From: a bacterium
GTDB lineage: Bacteria; Armatimonadota; Chthonomonadetes; Chthonomonadales; CAJBBX01
Direction: 5' to 3'
Length of the DNA stretch: 64,000 nt
Assembly (NCBI GenBank): GCA_021811565.1
Contig: JAJZOL010000206.1
Location: 9,105-73,104 of the forward strand
Shown: positions 56,043 through 64,000 of the stretch, one piece after another
How positions within the stretch are numbered: position 1 is the first letter of the stretch
How the letters are laid out: every line of letters starts with the position of its first letter
Position numbers and translations under genes: made by a program
The notes under the pieces: generated by a model
What the model was told of the DNA's origin: nothing
Databases searched by the model: none
What the model saw: the letters and a program-made list of their open reading frames with translations, nothing else

Positions 56043-57449
56043 AAGAACCATTCTTAATAATCGAATATCCTCTCGATTAACCCCTCTCGTAAGGATTTGT
56101 GCGATACAGTAAGTTCCGAGGCATAACACAATCCTGAGCAAAGGATGCAAACCTCCCAATAGCTTCATGACTATCAAGGTTGCGATACAACCTATGAAAA
56201 TAGAGGATGTTCTCCTGGGTAAGCGGTATTTGGAACTTTTGAGAAGCATGATGCTGCCAATCATGAAGGCTGTCAGTTCCGTGAGGGTGGTGCAGATCGC
56301 CGCAAAAACAACGCCGTATTTAGGCGTGAGAAAGCTGTTGGAGAGGATATTTACGAATACGAAGACGCAAACGGAGATGATAAACTCCTTTCTTTTTCCG
56401 GAAGCGATCAAAATGAAGAAAGGGAGAGGGGAGAGAAACATAATGCATTCCGCCGCTCCCAGCCATTGGATCACTTCGCCCGCCTCCATCATCTCCTTAC
56501 CGTACATCAGGGAAAGGATTGCATCCCCGCAAGAGAGAAATAACGCCAGCACGGCCGCTCCCGGGATCATCATCCATCGTAAAAGGATGGGATATGCTTC
56601 CGAGGGATCCTTAATACGGCAGAGCAACGGATAGATGGATTTGATTACCGCACCGGGAATGAAGCTGAGAGCTTCCGTCAGCCGAAACGATGCGGCGTAC
56701 ATTCCGACCTCCTGCGAACTGCGGAATATGGAGAGCAATATCACATCGTAACGATAAGCGATGATCGTTATGACGGAGCCTAAGCCAGGAATGAGTGTTT
56801 GGGACAAAAAAGATCGTAGCAGAAAGAGATTTGGGGTGAAATCGGGGCTTACTGACTTTAAGACGCGAAATGCGATGTAAATGTCCCCTGGTATTGTGGT
56901 GAGAACTTGCACCATTGCAAACGCAATCAGTGTGGCATGATGCGCAATCAGTAGGGCAAACCCGATCAGTAGCAAAAAAGCGCATAAAATTTGAATGACA
57001 TTGATGAAAAGCGATTCGAGTTTTGATTGACAATACACACGGAAAACACCGAATACACCGCCGAAAAGGGAGAATGATCCGAAGATGACGGCGATTTTCA
57101 TTCCGAATGAATAGGGAGTAAATGGAAGAAAAATCATTAAGCCCGTACAAGCGACAAACGCAAGCAGGAGCTTGATGAAAATACCGTTACCGAGCACCTT
57201 CGATGGGGGGATTATTTCCTTGCTGAACTCCGTGAGGAGAATCAGATCGAATTGGAAATCCGCCAATGCCCCCGCGTATCCCAGCAAGGTGAGAACGACG
57301 CTCCATTCGCCGAACATGCCGGGGCGAATGCTTTCCATGCCTGAAACGGTGATGTGTAACAACCACAACCCGCAACCTTTTTGAAGGACTCCTCCGATGA
57401 CGCATGCGGAGGTGTTGGTGAATGCGCGTCGAGACGCATTTGAAATCAT
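56031..57449 (-). CDS. MOP-superfamily polysaccharide flippase (Wzx-like)
   Basis: 472 aa with about 12-14 TM helices. Its 3' end overlaps dapF convergently by 12 nt. Confidence 0.55.
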   Translation of the reverse strand: MISNASRRAFTNTSACVIGGVLQKGCGLWLLHITVSGMESIRPGMFGEWSVVLTLLGYAGALADFQFDLILLTEFSKEIIPPSKVLGNGIFIKLLLAFVACTGLMIFLPFTPYSFGMKIAVIFGSFSLFGGVFGVFRVYCQSKLESLFINVIQILCAFLLLIGFALLIAHHATLIAFAMVQVLTTIPGDIYIAFRVLKSVSPDFTPNLFLLRSFLSQTLIPGLGSVITIIAYRYDVILLSIFRSSQEVGMYAASFRLTEALSFIPGAVIKSIYPLLCRIKDPSEAYPILLRWMMIPGAAVLALFLSCGDAILSLMYGKEMMEAGEVIQWLGAAECIMFLSPLPFFILIASGKRKEFIISVCVFVFVNILSNSFLTPKYGVVFAAICTTLTELTAFMIGSIMLLKSSKYRLPRRTSSIFIGCIATLIVMKLLGGLHPLLRIVLCLGTYCIAQILTRGVNREDIRLLRMVLLRE

Positions 57450-57619
57450 GCCGCATCCTCTTCGAATGTTTCGATAACCCGAAATGAGCGTAATCTATCC
57501 TAGTCTATTGCGAAATTCATGCCACTTAGGTTTTTATCATTCCTGTGATGACCCTATTGGCGCCTAGGGGTAGAATCTATATTATGAAAAATCCATTTTG
57601 ATTATAGAGGAATTCGCTT

Positions 57620-59629
57620 ATGTCACTCCATCGTTATCTGTCCATCAAAGGCGAACCAAATTCACTCCGCAACTGTGTCTTGACGTTAATCCTCGGGGTT
57701 GTCCTTTTGATGCCCTTGCATAACAATGCGCATGCCAAACCGAGAACAGGTCACATGCAATTGAGCATTAGCGAAGAGGGGGTGATATGGCGTGACGGGA
57801 CGAATATTTTATCCCAATCTCCAACGATCCCCGTGATAGATGTCTATTACTCGGATGAACCCGATATATGGAAAGCCCGCACATGGGTGAAATTAATTCC
57901 GCATTCCGTGAAAATCACACGGAATAAGAAATCCATCCTCATTTACATACACTCATTTGGCGGAAAGCCGATTCAAGGCTTAGTGACTGCGACCCCAAAT
58001 CAAGAAACCCGCGAAATTGTTTGGAAGATCACCTTGTGGAATCACACAAAGGGCACGGTGGTGGGGCTGACCGTTCCTCCGATGCTCGGGATTGAGAATC
58101 TTCCGGATGGAAGCCTCTATTTTCCGGATAGACCCGGACAGATGCTGAAAGATCCTTGGGATAAACTCGCGTCTGCCTCGTTTCAGTTAGGGTATCCCGT
58201 TCCAGCATCCATGCAGTACTTGATCTATGCCGGGCTAAATGATGGCGTTGCATTCGACGTACTCGATAAGAGCATGAGTTACAAGGTGTTCGAGTTCGGC
58301 GGTCCGGATCGGGAGTTTGCGGCTACGCTTTATCCATTCATACCGCCAGGACACAAGTGGGTTTCTCCTGATATTCTCTGGCAGGACTTGCGAGGAGATT
58401 GGCATGTCGCGGCTCGGAGATATCGCGCGTGGTATGATTCGTGGGCGAAGACCCCGCAAATATCCTCGGAGGTGCGCAAAGACCCCGTTATGGGTGGAAT
58501 CGTGGTGCTGGCAAGACCAGTTAAGGACCCCAATTTGAATGATGTCACCAAGGATATGGAGACCGGAACCTACGCCGCCGCATTGGAGAAAGCTCGGCAA
58601 CTCCATGAAGCCGGGTTTGAGGGGGCGCATCTTGTTGGGTGGTTCGGTCAGGGGCACGATTCCACTTACCCCGATTACTATCCAACCGCGCGAATGGGCG
58701 GCGGAAAAGGTCTTGTGGCGCTCGTGGATGGAATGCACGCCATGCATATGCTTGCAACTTTCTACCTGAACGCCCGACTTGGCAACGTGACCGATCCAAC
58801 CTATCTCGCACATCCGGGATGGGCTGTGGAATTGGCGGATGGTCAGCATGTGACGGAGACTTATGGAGAGACTTTTAACGTGCTTTGTCCCGCCGCGAAG
58901 GGTTTTCAAACGGATATCATCGATACGGTGAAGCGTATCGCGATGGATTATCATGGGGACGGGGTGCAATTGGATCAGGTCGGAGCCGCTCAATCCTTTC
59001 TCTGTTTTGATCGTGCTCATGGACATTCCACCCCCGCCACGGCATGGGCGCAGGGATACACAGAGATGCTGACCGGTGTTCGCTCCGCCGCTCGAAAAAT
59101 CGATCCTGACTTTTGGGACTGGATAGAGGGGGCATGGGAGGGTGCCGGTCAGTATGTGGATCTATCGCAGGGGGGTTTTTGGCAGGCGATGCCTGATGCG
59201 ATCTATTTCCCTCAGATGTACCGTTACACCATTCCACAGGATCCGATGTTTGGAGACGCACGAATGGGAGGAGTGCCTTATTGGTGTCCGACAGACATTC
59301 AGCGAGCGAAGAAGATTGACGACGCGGTATCTCCGATCTTCTGGCATGGTGAGTTCATGGATAACATCGGCTTGAGCTCCTCCCCTCAAACAGAGGTGCA
59401 TTGGTTTCGATACAAGGGCCAGGTCGTCATAACAGTGGTGAATAATAACGACGCTTCTCAGGATTTCGATGTGCGATTGGAGTTGTCTCAACTAAACTGG
59501 AAAGGTTTTCCCTCCAGAGCGCAAGCTTTGGCATCGGGTCGATATGTGCAGATTACAAGGGGGGACGGATATCTTTCCTTTACCGTTTCCGTCCCCGCGA
59601 AACAGGTTGAGGCTGTGTTAATCCGTTAA
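57620..59629 (+). CDS. Secreted or membrane-anchored hypothetical protein, possible glycoside-hydrolase-like TIM barrel
   Basis: N-terminal hydrophobic signal/anchor. The central GWFGQGHDSTYPDYYP...DGVQLDQVGA blocks resemble GH-like barrels. No family assigned with confidence. Confidence 0.35.
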   Translation: MSLHRYLSIKGEPNSLRNCVLTLILGVVLLMPLHNNAHAKPRTGHMQLSISEEGVIWRDGTNILSQSPTIPVIDVYYSDEPDIWKARTWVKLIPHSVKITRNKKSILIYIHSFGGKPIQGLVTATPNQETREIVWKITLWNHTKGTVVGLTVPPMLGIENLPDGSLYFPDRPGQMLKDPWDKLASASFQLGYPVPASMQYLIYAGLNDGVAFDVLDKSMSYKVFEFGGPDREFAATLYPFIPPGHKWVSPDILWQDLRGDWHVAARRYRAWYDSWAKTPQISSEVRKDPVMGGIVVLARPVKDPNLNDVTKDMETGTYAAALEKARQLHEAGFEGAHLVGWFGQGHDSTYPDYYPTARMGGGKGLVALVDGMHAMHMLATFYLNARLGNVTDPTYLAHPGWAVELADGQHVTETYGETFNVLCPAAKGFQTDIIDTVKRIAMDYHGDGVQLDQVGAAQSFLCFDRAHGHSTPATAWAQGYTEMLTGVRSAARKIDPDFWDWIEGAWEGAGQYVDLSQGGFWQAMPDAIYFPQMYRYTIPQDPMFGDARMGGVPYWCPTDIQRAKKIDDAVSPIFWHGEFMDNIGLSSSPQTEVHWFRYKGQVVITVVNNNDASQDFDVRLELSQLNWKGFPSRAQALASGRYVQITRGDGYLSFTVSVPAKQVEAVLIR

Positions 59630-59735
59630 ATGGGCTCCTTTCATTAATTCGGCAGTTAAATATCATCGAACATATTATCTTTATCAGGAGTGATTTCACA
59701 TATTCAATCATCGCATTGTTTGCCGATATAATATA

Positions 59736-61565
59736 TCAGCGCCCAACTTCCAACCTCAAGAAATCGTACATGATCGCCTGTCGTGGCAAAGCTATGGGAT
59801 TATAAGCGCTGGGGTGAGGTAACTCCGCCACGATTTTAAGGCTGATGTCGTTCTCGCCCTTTTTCAGTAAAGTTGCGTTAAACTTCGCAAGCTTTAGTCG
59901 ATACTCCCCGGCTTTATTGGCATCCCGATAGACGCTAGCGTCGTTGCCGAGGTGATATTGTGCCACCTGCACACCGTTCACCGATACCAATAAATCCGGA
60001 TTCTGTACAGCCCCAGCAATGCCGATGGTTAGATAAGCCGTACCGATTTCCGCATGTGGAAGATGGAAGAGAACATGCCAAATTGGCGCATGGTAGGTTC
60101 CATCGGCTCGCTGAACGACAGGCTCGCAATAGTTCCAATCTTTTCGATCGGAACTCTTCCCGATGAAGAAATGTACATCATGCGGGAAATCCGTCGGATA
60201 ACGGTTCCATAGACCGAATTGCCTGGGAAGATTGCCGTATCGGAACTCCTCGGCAGATCGATTCGGTATTCCAAGTTGCCACATACGGATACCATGCGTC
60301 GGAGGTGTCCAGTTAAGTCTTCCAACGGATGTTATTTCACCTGCGCGTACAGTGACGTTGTCCTTGCGGTACTCCCCGACGACCCCTGATGCGAACGCAT
60401 AGAGCGTGTATTCGCCTGGACGTACTGCAGATATCTTAAATGAGCCATTCCGCATGGCGTGGCTCCAAAAGATGTATCCCCTCCATTGAAGTTGCCAGTC
60501 CGGAGTTGGCGCGGCGAGGATGACTGTGGCGTTCGCAGGGGAGCTTCCATCCGTGATATCAAGAGAACCCTTCACAGCACCTCTTCGGATCGGATAGAGA
60601 GGGCTTTCCATCCATTTGTAGGGCCATTGCCGCTTCTCCCTCACCGCTCTGCGTTGGGCGTCCGCAATCATCGCCTGGGGAGTGTGACCGGAATTGAGAT
60701 AGATCAGATAAGGTCCGTAACACTTCTCCCATTTTCCGGAAACGTTCGTGTCCATATCGTGATAATCAAGGAAATGCCCGCCATGAAACATCTCCAGAAT
60801 AATTGGGTCATCCTCATGCACCATCAACTCCTGCTTCGTCGGTCCACCGTTCACGTATTCATTGCTTGCATTGATGATCCAAACACCAGCATCAGGACCC
60901 ATCAGACCGTGGAAATGCTGATGATCCTCGAAATCTGCTAGGTTGTATTTTGTTGCGATTCTGCCATTGGGGAAACGATAAGTGGCGTCGGTTACCTTCA
61001 CAAGCTGCTGCCCAGGCTTTAGGAACGGAGGATATGCTCCTTGCTCCTGACGGTTCACATAGTAATGAGTGAAGTAGTCCTCCTTGCATTTGATAACCAT
61101 TCGGGTCTGACCAATCGTCCCGTTAGGTCCGTTAACATCATGACGATAGGTGACGTAGCAATAGATGCCTGGATCATTTTCGAACAGGATATAGTGCAGG
61201 CGAATTAGAAAAGGAAAGTAGTCTCCGCCATCCTGCTCAAAGGACACATCAATCATATGCGGCGTGCGGCGAACAAGGTGATAGACGGCATGCGAAAAAC
61301 CCCAGTAGTCTTTTCTCGGATGCAAGGAGCCGTGCCCGTTCGCATCAAAATAGATAGGACGGTTGGGACCGAGCACCTCCGGTCCTCCAACTCGGTGCAG
61401 GGAGACGATCTTTCCGTTATTCTTGGTGATGGTGAGTATCAAGGCGCCGTTGGATATTCGCAGCGTAGCGCCAGTGTCATCCATCTGAATCACAGCGAAA
61501 GACGGCGGGACAAAGGCTAAAACTATAAACAAGAAAACGGCAAGGAAGAGCATGGACGCCCTCAT
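59736..61565 (-). CDS. Polysaccharide lyase family 4-like (rhamnogalacturonan lyase-like) secreted protein
   Basis: Signal peptide MRASMLFLAVFLFIVLAFVPPSFA. Three-domain size (609 aa). Blocks FKISAVRPGEYTLYAF and WQLGIPNRSAEEFRYG resemble PL4 domains II and III. Confidence 0.55.
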   Translation of the reverse strand: MRASMLFLAVFLFIVLAFVPPSFAVIQMDDTGATLRISNGALILTITKNNGKIVSLHRVGGPEVLGPNRPIYFDANGHGSLHPRKDYWGFSHAVYHLVRRTPHMIDVSFEQDGGDYFPFLIRLHYILFENDPGIYCYVTYRHDVNGPNGTIGQTRMVIKCKEDYFTHYYVNRQEQGAYPPFLKPGQQLVKVTDATYRFPNGRIATKYNLADFEDHQHFHGLMGPDAGVWIINASNEYVNGGPTKQELMVHEDDPIILEMFHGGHFLDYHDMDTNVSGKWEKCYGPYLIYLNSGHTPQAMIADAQRRAVREKRQWPYKWMESPLYPIRRGAVKGSLDITDGSSPANATVILAAPTPDWQLQWRGYIFWSHAMRNGSFKISAVRPGEYTLYAFASGVVGEYRKDNVTVRAGEITSVGRLNWTPPTHGIRMWQLGIPNRSAEEFRYGNLPRQFGLWNRYPTDFPHDVHFFIGKSSDRKDWNYCEPVVQRADGTYHAPIWHVLFHLPHAEIGTAYLTIGIAGAVQNPDLLVSVNGVQVAQYHLGNDASVYRDANKAGEYRLKLAKFNATLLKKGENDISLKIVAELPHPSAYNPIALPRQAIMYDFLRLEVGR

Positions 61566-62048
61566 TGATAACTCCTACAAAGCGGTTTATTAGGGTCTGA
61601 TGAAAAAAATCGGACTGCGTGAAATAAAGGCTTATCGCTTGAAGTGGATGCCGTCGTCTTTGCGGGCAAGGATGCATATAAACAGTATGCACGATGAAAT
61701 AGACGATAGCAAGAGGAAAAAGTTTAGAGTGAGGAGAATGGAATATCACTTGTAGGCATTGTGGATGGGTGCATCCGGTTTGTATGATCGCTGTTGAAAT
61801 AATGAAGGATAGACAGTCAATGGAATTATTCGGAGGTGGATTAAAACTCTTGAAGGGAAAGCGGCATTTACCATAGGTTATTAACCCACAAATGAATTAC
61901 ATGGATATTTGTAAGCCTCAACTCAGGGGTTATCTCCAAGTTGGAGATAAGTGAGAATGAAAGGTATATGAAGGGATCAGTCCATGACAAGGTAGAATCT
62001 ATAATTGTAGAAGACAAGATTTTACAATATTCCCAGGTAATAGAAACG

Positions 62049-62654
62049 ATGATCGTAGCTTTTTTGCTTGGCTTGATAGGAGGGGTGGTGCCTGGGCCGG
62101 CGCTTGCCGCGACTTTCACGGAGATCCTGCAGAGCGGATTCTTGAAATGCCTTAGGATTATCCTCCTTGCAATGCTCACGGAGACGGCGGTTGCGCTGTT
62201 CAGCATGAGCGTTCTGACATCCTTGCATCTTCCCTATGCGTTTTTCGCGGGGCTTTCATTCGTAGGGGCAGGGGTACTGATATGGATCGCCTCGATGATA
62301 TGGAAGATAAGGGAGATCGATTCGGGCGAAAAGGTGAATTTTACCATTGGGAGGATCATATCGATGATTCTGGCGAACGGTGTGCTCTGGACCTTCTGGA
62401 TTACCGTCTGCATCCCAAAAGCGGTCGCGCTTGGGAATAGGATTTTTCTCGGACAGTACCTTTTCCTCATGCTCGTGGAGATAGGGTGGCTGATCTCCAC
62501 CATTGGCGCGGCGGTACTGTTCTCCACTTTTCGCAAAGCGCTCTCCAACCCCCGGGTCGTTCCTTTGGCGTTCAAGCTCTTCGCCCTGACGTTCGTCTAC
62601 TTTGCGTTGGAGATGACATGGGGTAGCATGGAGTACTTCATGAGATTGAAATAG
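62049..62654 (+). CDS. LysE/RhtB-family amino-acid exporter
   Basis: A start at ATG 62049 gives the typical N-terminus MIVAFLLGLIGGVVPGPALA, with about 6 TM helices. The track ORF start at 61941 adds 36 unlikely residues. Confidence 0.6.
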   Translation: MIVAFLLGLIGGVVPGPALAATFTEILQSGFLKCLRIILLAMLTETAVALFSMSVLTSLHLPYAFFAGLSFVGAGVLIWIASMIWKIREIDSGEKVNFTIGRIISMILANGVLWTFWITVCIPKAVALGNRIFLGQYLFLMLVEIGWLISTIGAAVLFSTFRKALSNPRVVPLAFKLFALTFVYFALEMTWGSMEYFMRLK

Positions 62655-62897
62655 AGGATACAAGGAATTCGGTTTTTGAAGGAAAGCGCGGAACATCGAC
62701 GAGCTATTGATCATGTGACATTTGGACTGGTGCCCATCGGGTACGGGAAATGCATCGAATATTGATGTTGGCTATGAAACATGATATGGATGTGTGTCCA
62801 CAGGTTGCAGGGATTCATTGTGTTGCGTTTCACACTGTATATTCCGATTCCGGAGTTAAGTGCATATTTAAGACATGCGACTTCGCATCATATCTCA

Positions 62898-63842
62898 TTA
62901 TTTTCGTAAGAGTAAAGCCGCCGCGCAGTTCCTCGCAAGTCCTTTGCGCTTTGAACGCTTGACGGGGCTTTTGCGGAAGAGATCACGGAACTCCTCATCG
63001 CTTATCATAGCCAATTCAGTCAGCTTATGATTGTGGATATGAGGGCGGGGCTGGAAATCCGGATCTTTAGTTGGCAGAGCGTGGCGAATATTGAAAGGGC
63101 ATACCTCCTGACAGATGTCGCATCCAAACATGCGATTGCCCATTCTCTCAGCTAGCGAGGCGGGTATCTCTTCGCGATTTTCGATGGTCAGATAGGAGAT
63201 GCATTTGCGGGAATCGACCACATATGGTCGAACGATGGCTCCTGTGGGGCAGGCGTCGATGCAGCGCGTGCATGTTCCACAACCGCCAATGGCGGATGTG
63301 TCAGGGGGCAATTCGATATCCAGCAATAACTCCCCCAAAAGAAACCATGATCCCTTGCGGGTGTTAATGATCATGGTGTTCTTACCGAACCAACCGATTC
63401 CTGCAAGTTGTGCGATCTCTCGTTCCAAAAGTGGTCCGGTATCGACGTATATCTTACCGGTTACCTTATGGTCGTTGTTCTCCTCGATGAAACGAAGTAA
63501 CTCCTGAAGGGGTTTCTTCATCACGTTGTGATAATCCTCATTGAGGGCGTATCTCGCGAACCGTGCGCTGTCGGGAGGGAAATTCTCCGGCACTTCCGTG
63601 TAATAGTTCTTCGCAACCACAACAATACTTTTTGTCGCCGGCATTACAAGGCTGGGATTGAGACGGCGTTCCGGCTCGCGCTTCATATACGTCATATCCG
63701 CCGCGTAGCCCTGTTCGAGCCATTCCCTAAATTGCTCCTTGAAACACGATTCACGGACAGGGGCTATCCCGCAAAGATCAAAGCCTAACTCAATAGCTTT
63801 GGCTTTGATACTTTGCGTCAAGATTTTCAGTGAATCCGACAT
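62898..63842 (-). CDS. queG: Epoxyqueuosine reductase
   Basis: Two 4Fe-4S motifs, CGTCTRCIDACPTGA and CDICQEVCPFN. Size and N-terminal region are typical of QueG. Confidence 0.85.
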   Translation of the reverse strand: MSDSLKILTQSIKAKAIELGFDLCGIAPVRESCFKEQFREWLEQGYAADMTYMKREPERRLNPSLVMPATKSIVVVAKNYYTEVPENFPPDSARFARYALNEDYHNVMKKPLQELLRFIEENNDHKVTGKIYVDTGPLLEREIAQLAGIGWFGKNTMIINTRKGSWFLLGELLLDIELPPDTSAIGGCGTCTRCIDACPTGAIVRPYVVDSRKCISYLTIENREEIPASLAERMGNRMFGCDICQEVCPFNIRHALPTKDPDFQPRPHIHNHKLTELAMISDEEFRDLFRKSPVKRSKRKGLARNCAAALLLRK

Positions 63843-64000
63843 GGAGTTAACCGCTATGAGAATGGGGACACGCCGCCGGATTCAATCCAATGGAAGCGCG
63901 ACTCATGTCCGTCAAGCTTCCATGACTCCGGGGAGATCGTCCTTTGCCAATCAAGAGGTTCACCGATGGGTTGCCTTTTAGAGGCGATATCCAATGCAGT

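Noticed and set aside
57481-57530. Possible fifth, degenerate copy of the repeat (GAAATGAGCGTAATCTATCC...TCTATTGCGAAATTCA)
   Set aside because: Only about 10 nt of the inner segment and a loosely TIR-like string match. There is no second arm. This is not enough to call without a statistical alignment.
58235-59026. 263-aa minus-strand ORF
   Set aside because: It lies entirely within, and antisense to, the 669-aa plus-strand gene. It has no motifs and shadow-like composition.
61930-61950. Perfect 9-bp stem hairpin TTATCTCCA-AGT-TGGAGATAA upstream of the LysE gene
   Set aside because: It has no U-tract, no second copy and no linked regulator in the window. Its function cannot be inferred. It also lies inside the over-extended track ORF that I trimmed.
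63843-64000. Possible C-terminal gene fragment on the minus strand at the right edge
   Set aside because: The open frame is only about 50 codons and has unconvincing composition (…GKGRSPRSHGSLTDMSRAS…). It cannot be supported from this window.

Overview
This is a 64-kb, gene-dense bacterial chromosomal window. I saw no rRNA, tRNA or CRISPR array by eye. All calls come from reading the supplied translations and the nucleotide sequence; no database or HMM search was run, so the family names are hypotheses based on motifs.

Layout:
- 0-8.8 kb: a NodB-type deacetylase lipoprotein cut by the window edge and missing from the ORF track, a DUF4432-like mutarotase-fold protein, a dipeptide-epimerase-like enolase-superfamily enzyme, a UPF0182 membrane protein, a four-GAF protein with no output domain, and an inositol monophosphatase.
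- 8.8-25.7 kb: a 14-gene exopolysaccharide locus, all on the minus strand. It holds an exosortase-EpsI fusion, an EpsD-like PPIase, two GT4 and two GT2 genes, a Wzy-like polymerase, a GH44-like hydrolase, an acetyltransferase, a GT26-STAS-STAS fusion, a QxxRW synthase-type GT2, a BY-kinase-like ATPase and a chain-length determinant.
- 26-34.8 kb: NUDIX hydrolase, CopA, DivIVA, a membrane pseudokinase, an orphan E2 acyltransferase, a Gfo/Idh/MocA oxidoreductase and Sua5/TsaC.
- 35.0-39.1 kb: a roughly 1360-aa secreted protein of unknown function.
- 39.3-44.2 kb: the most unusual part. It is a three-gene cassette with its own near-consensus promoter: a divergent sigma-like HTH protein, an XRE-like protein, and a 1091-aa fusion of an ImmA/IrrE metallopeptidase, a UvrD-type helicase and a Cas4/AddB-type Fe-S nuclease. 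I flag it as a candidate undescribed defence or DNA-surveillance module.
- 44.6-50 kb: an EAL phosphodiesterase with a Cys-rich N-terminus, an ECF sigma factor, and sdhCAB.
- 50.2-55.1 kb: a nitric-oxide stress operon (qNOR, cupin, RIC/ScdA, YwiC-like) divergent from an Rrf2 regulator, with two matching palindromic operators in the shared intergenic region.
- 55.2-64 kb: dapF, a MOP flippase, a GH-like protein, a PL4-like lyase, a LysE exporter and queG.

Separately, an ~85-bp intergenic element bounded by GGTAATTGCAAAAT inverted repeats occurs at least four times, plus partial copies clustered at 44.26-44.43 kb.
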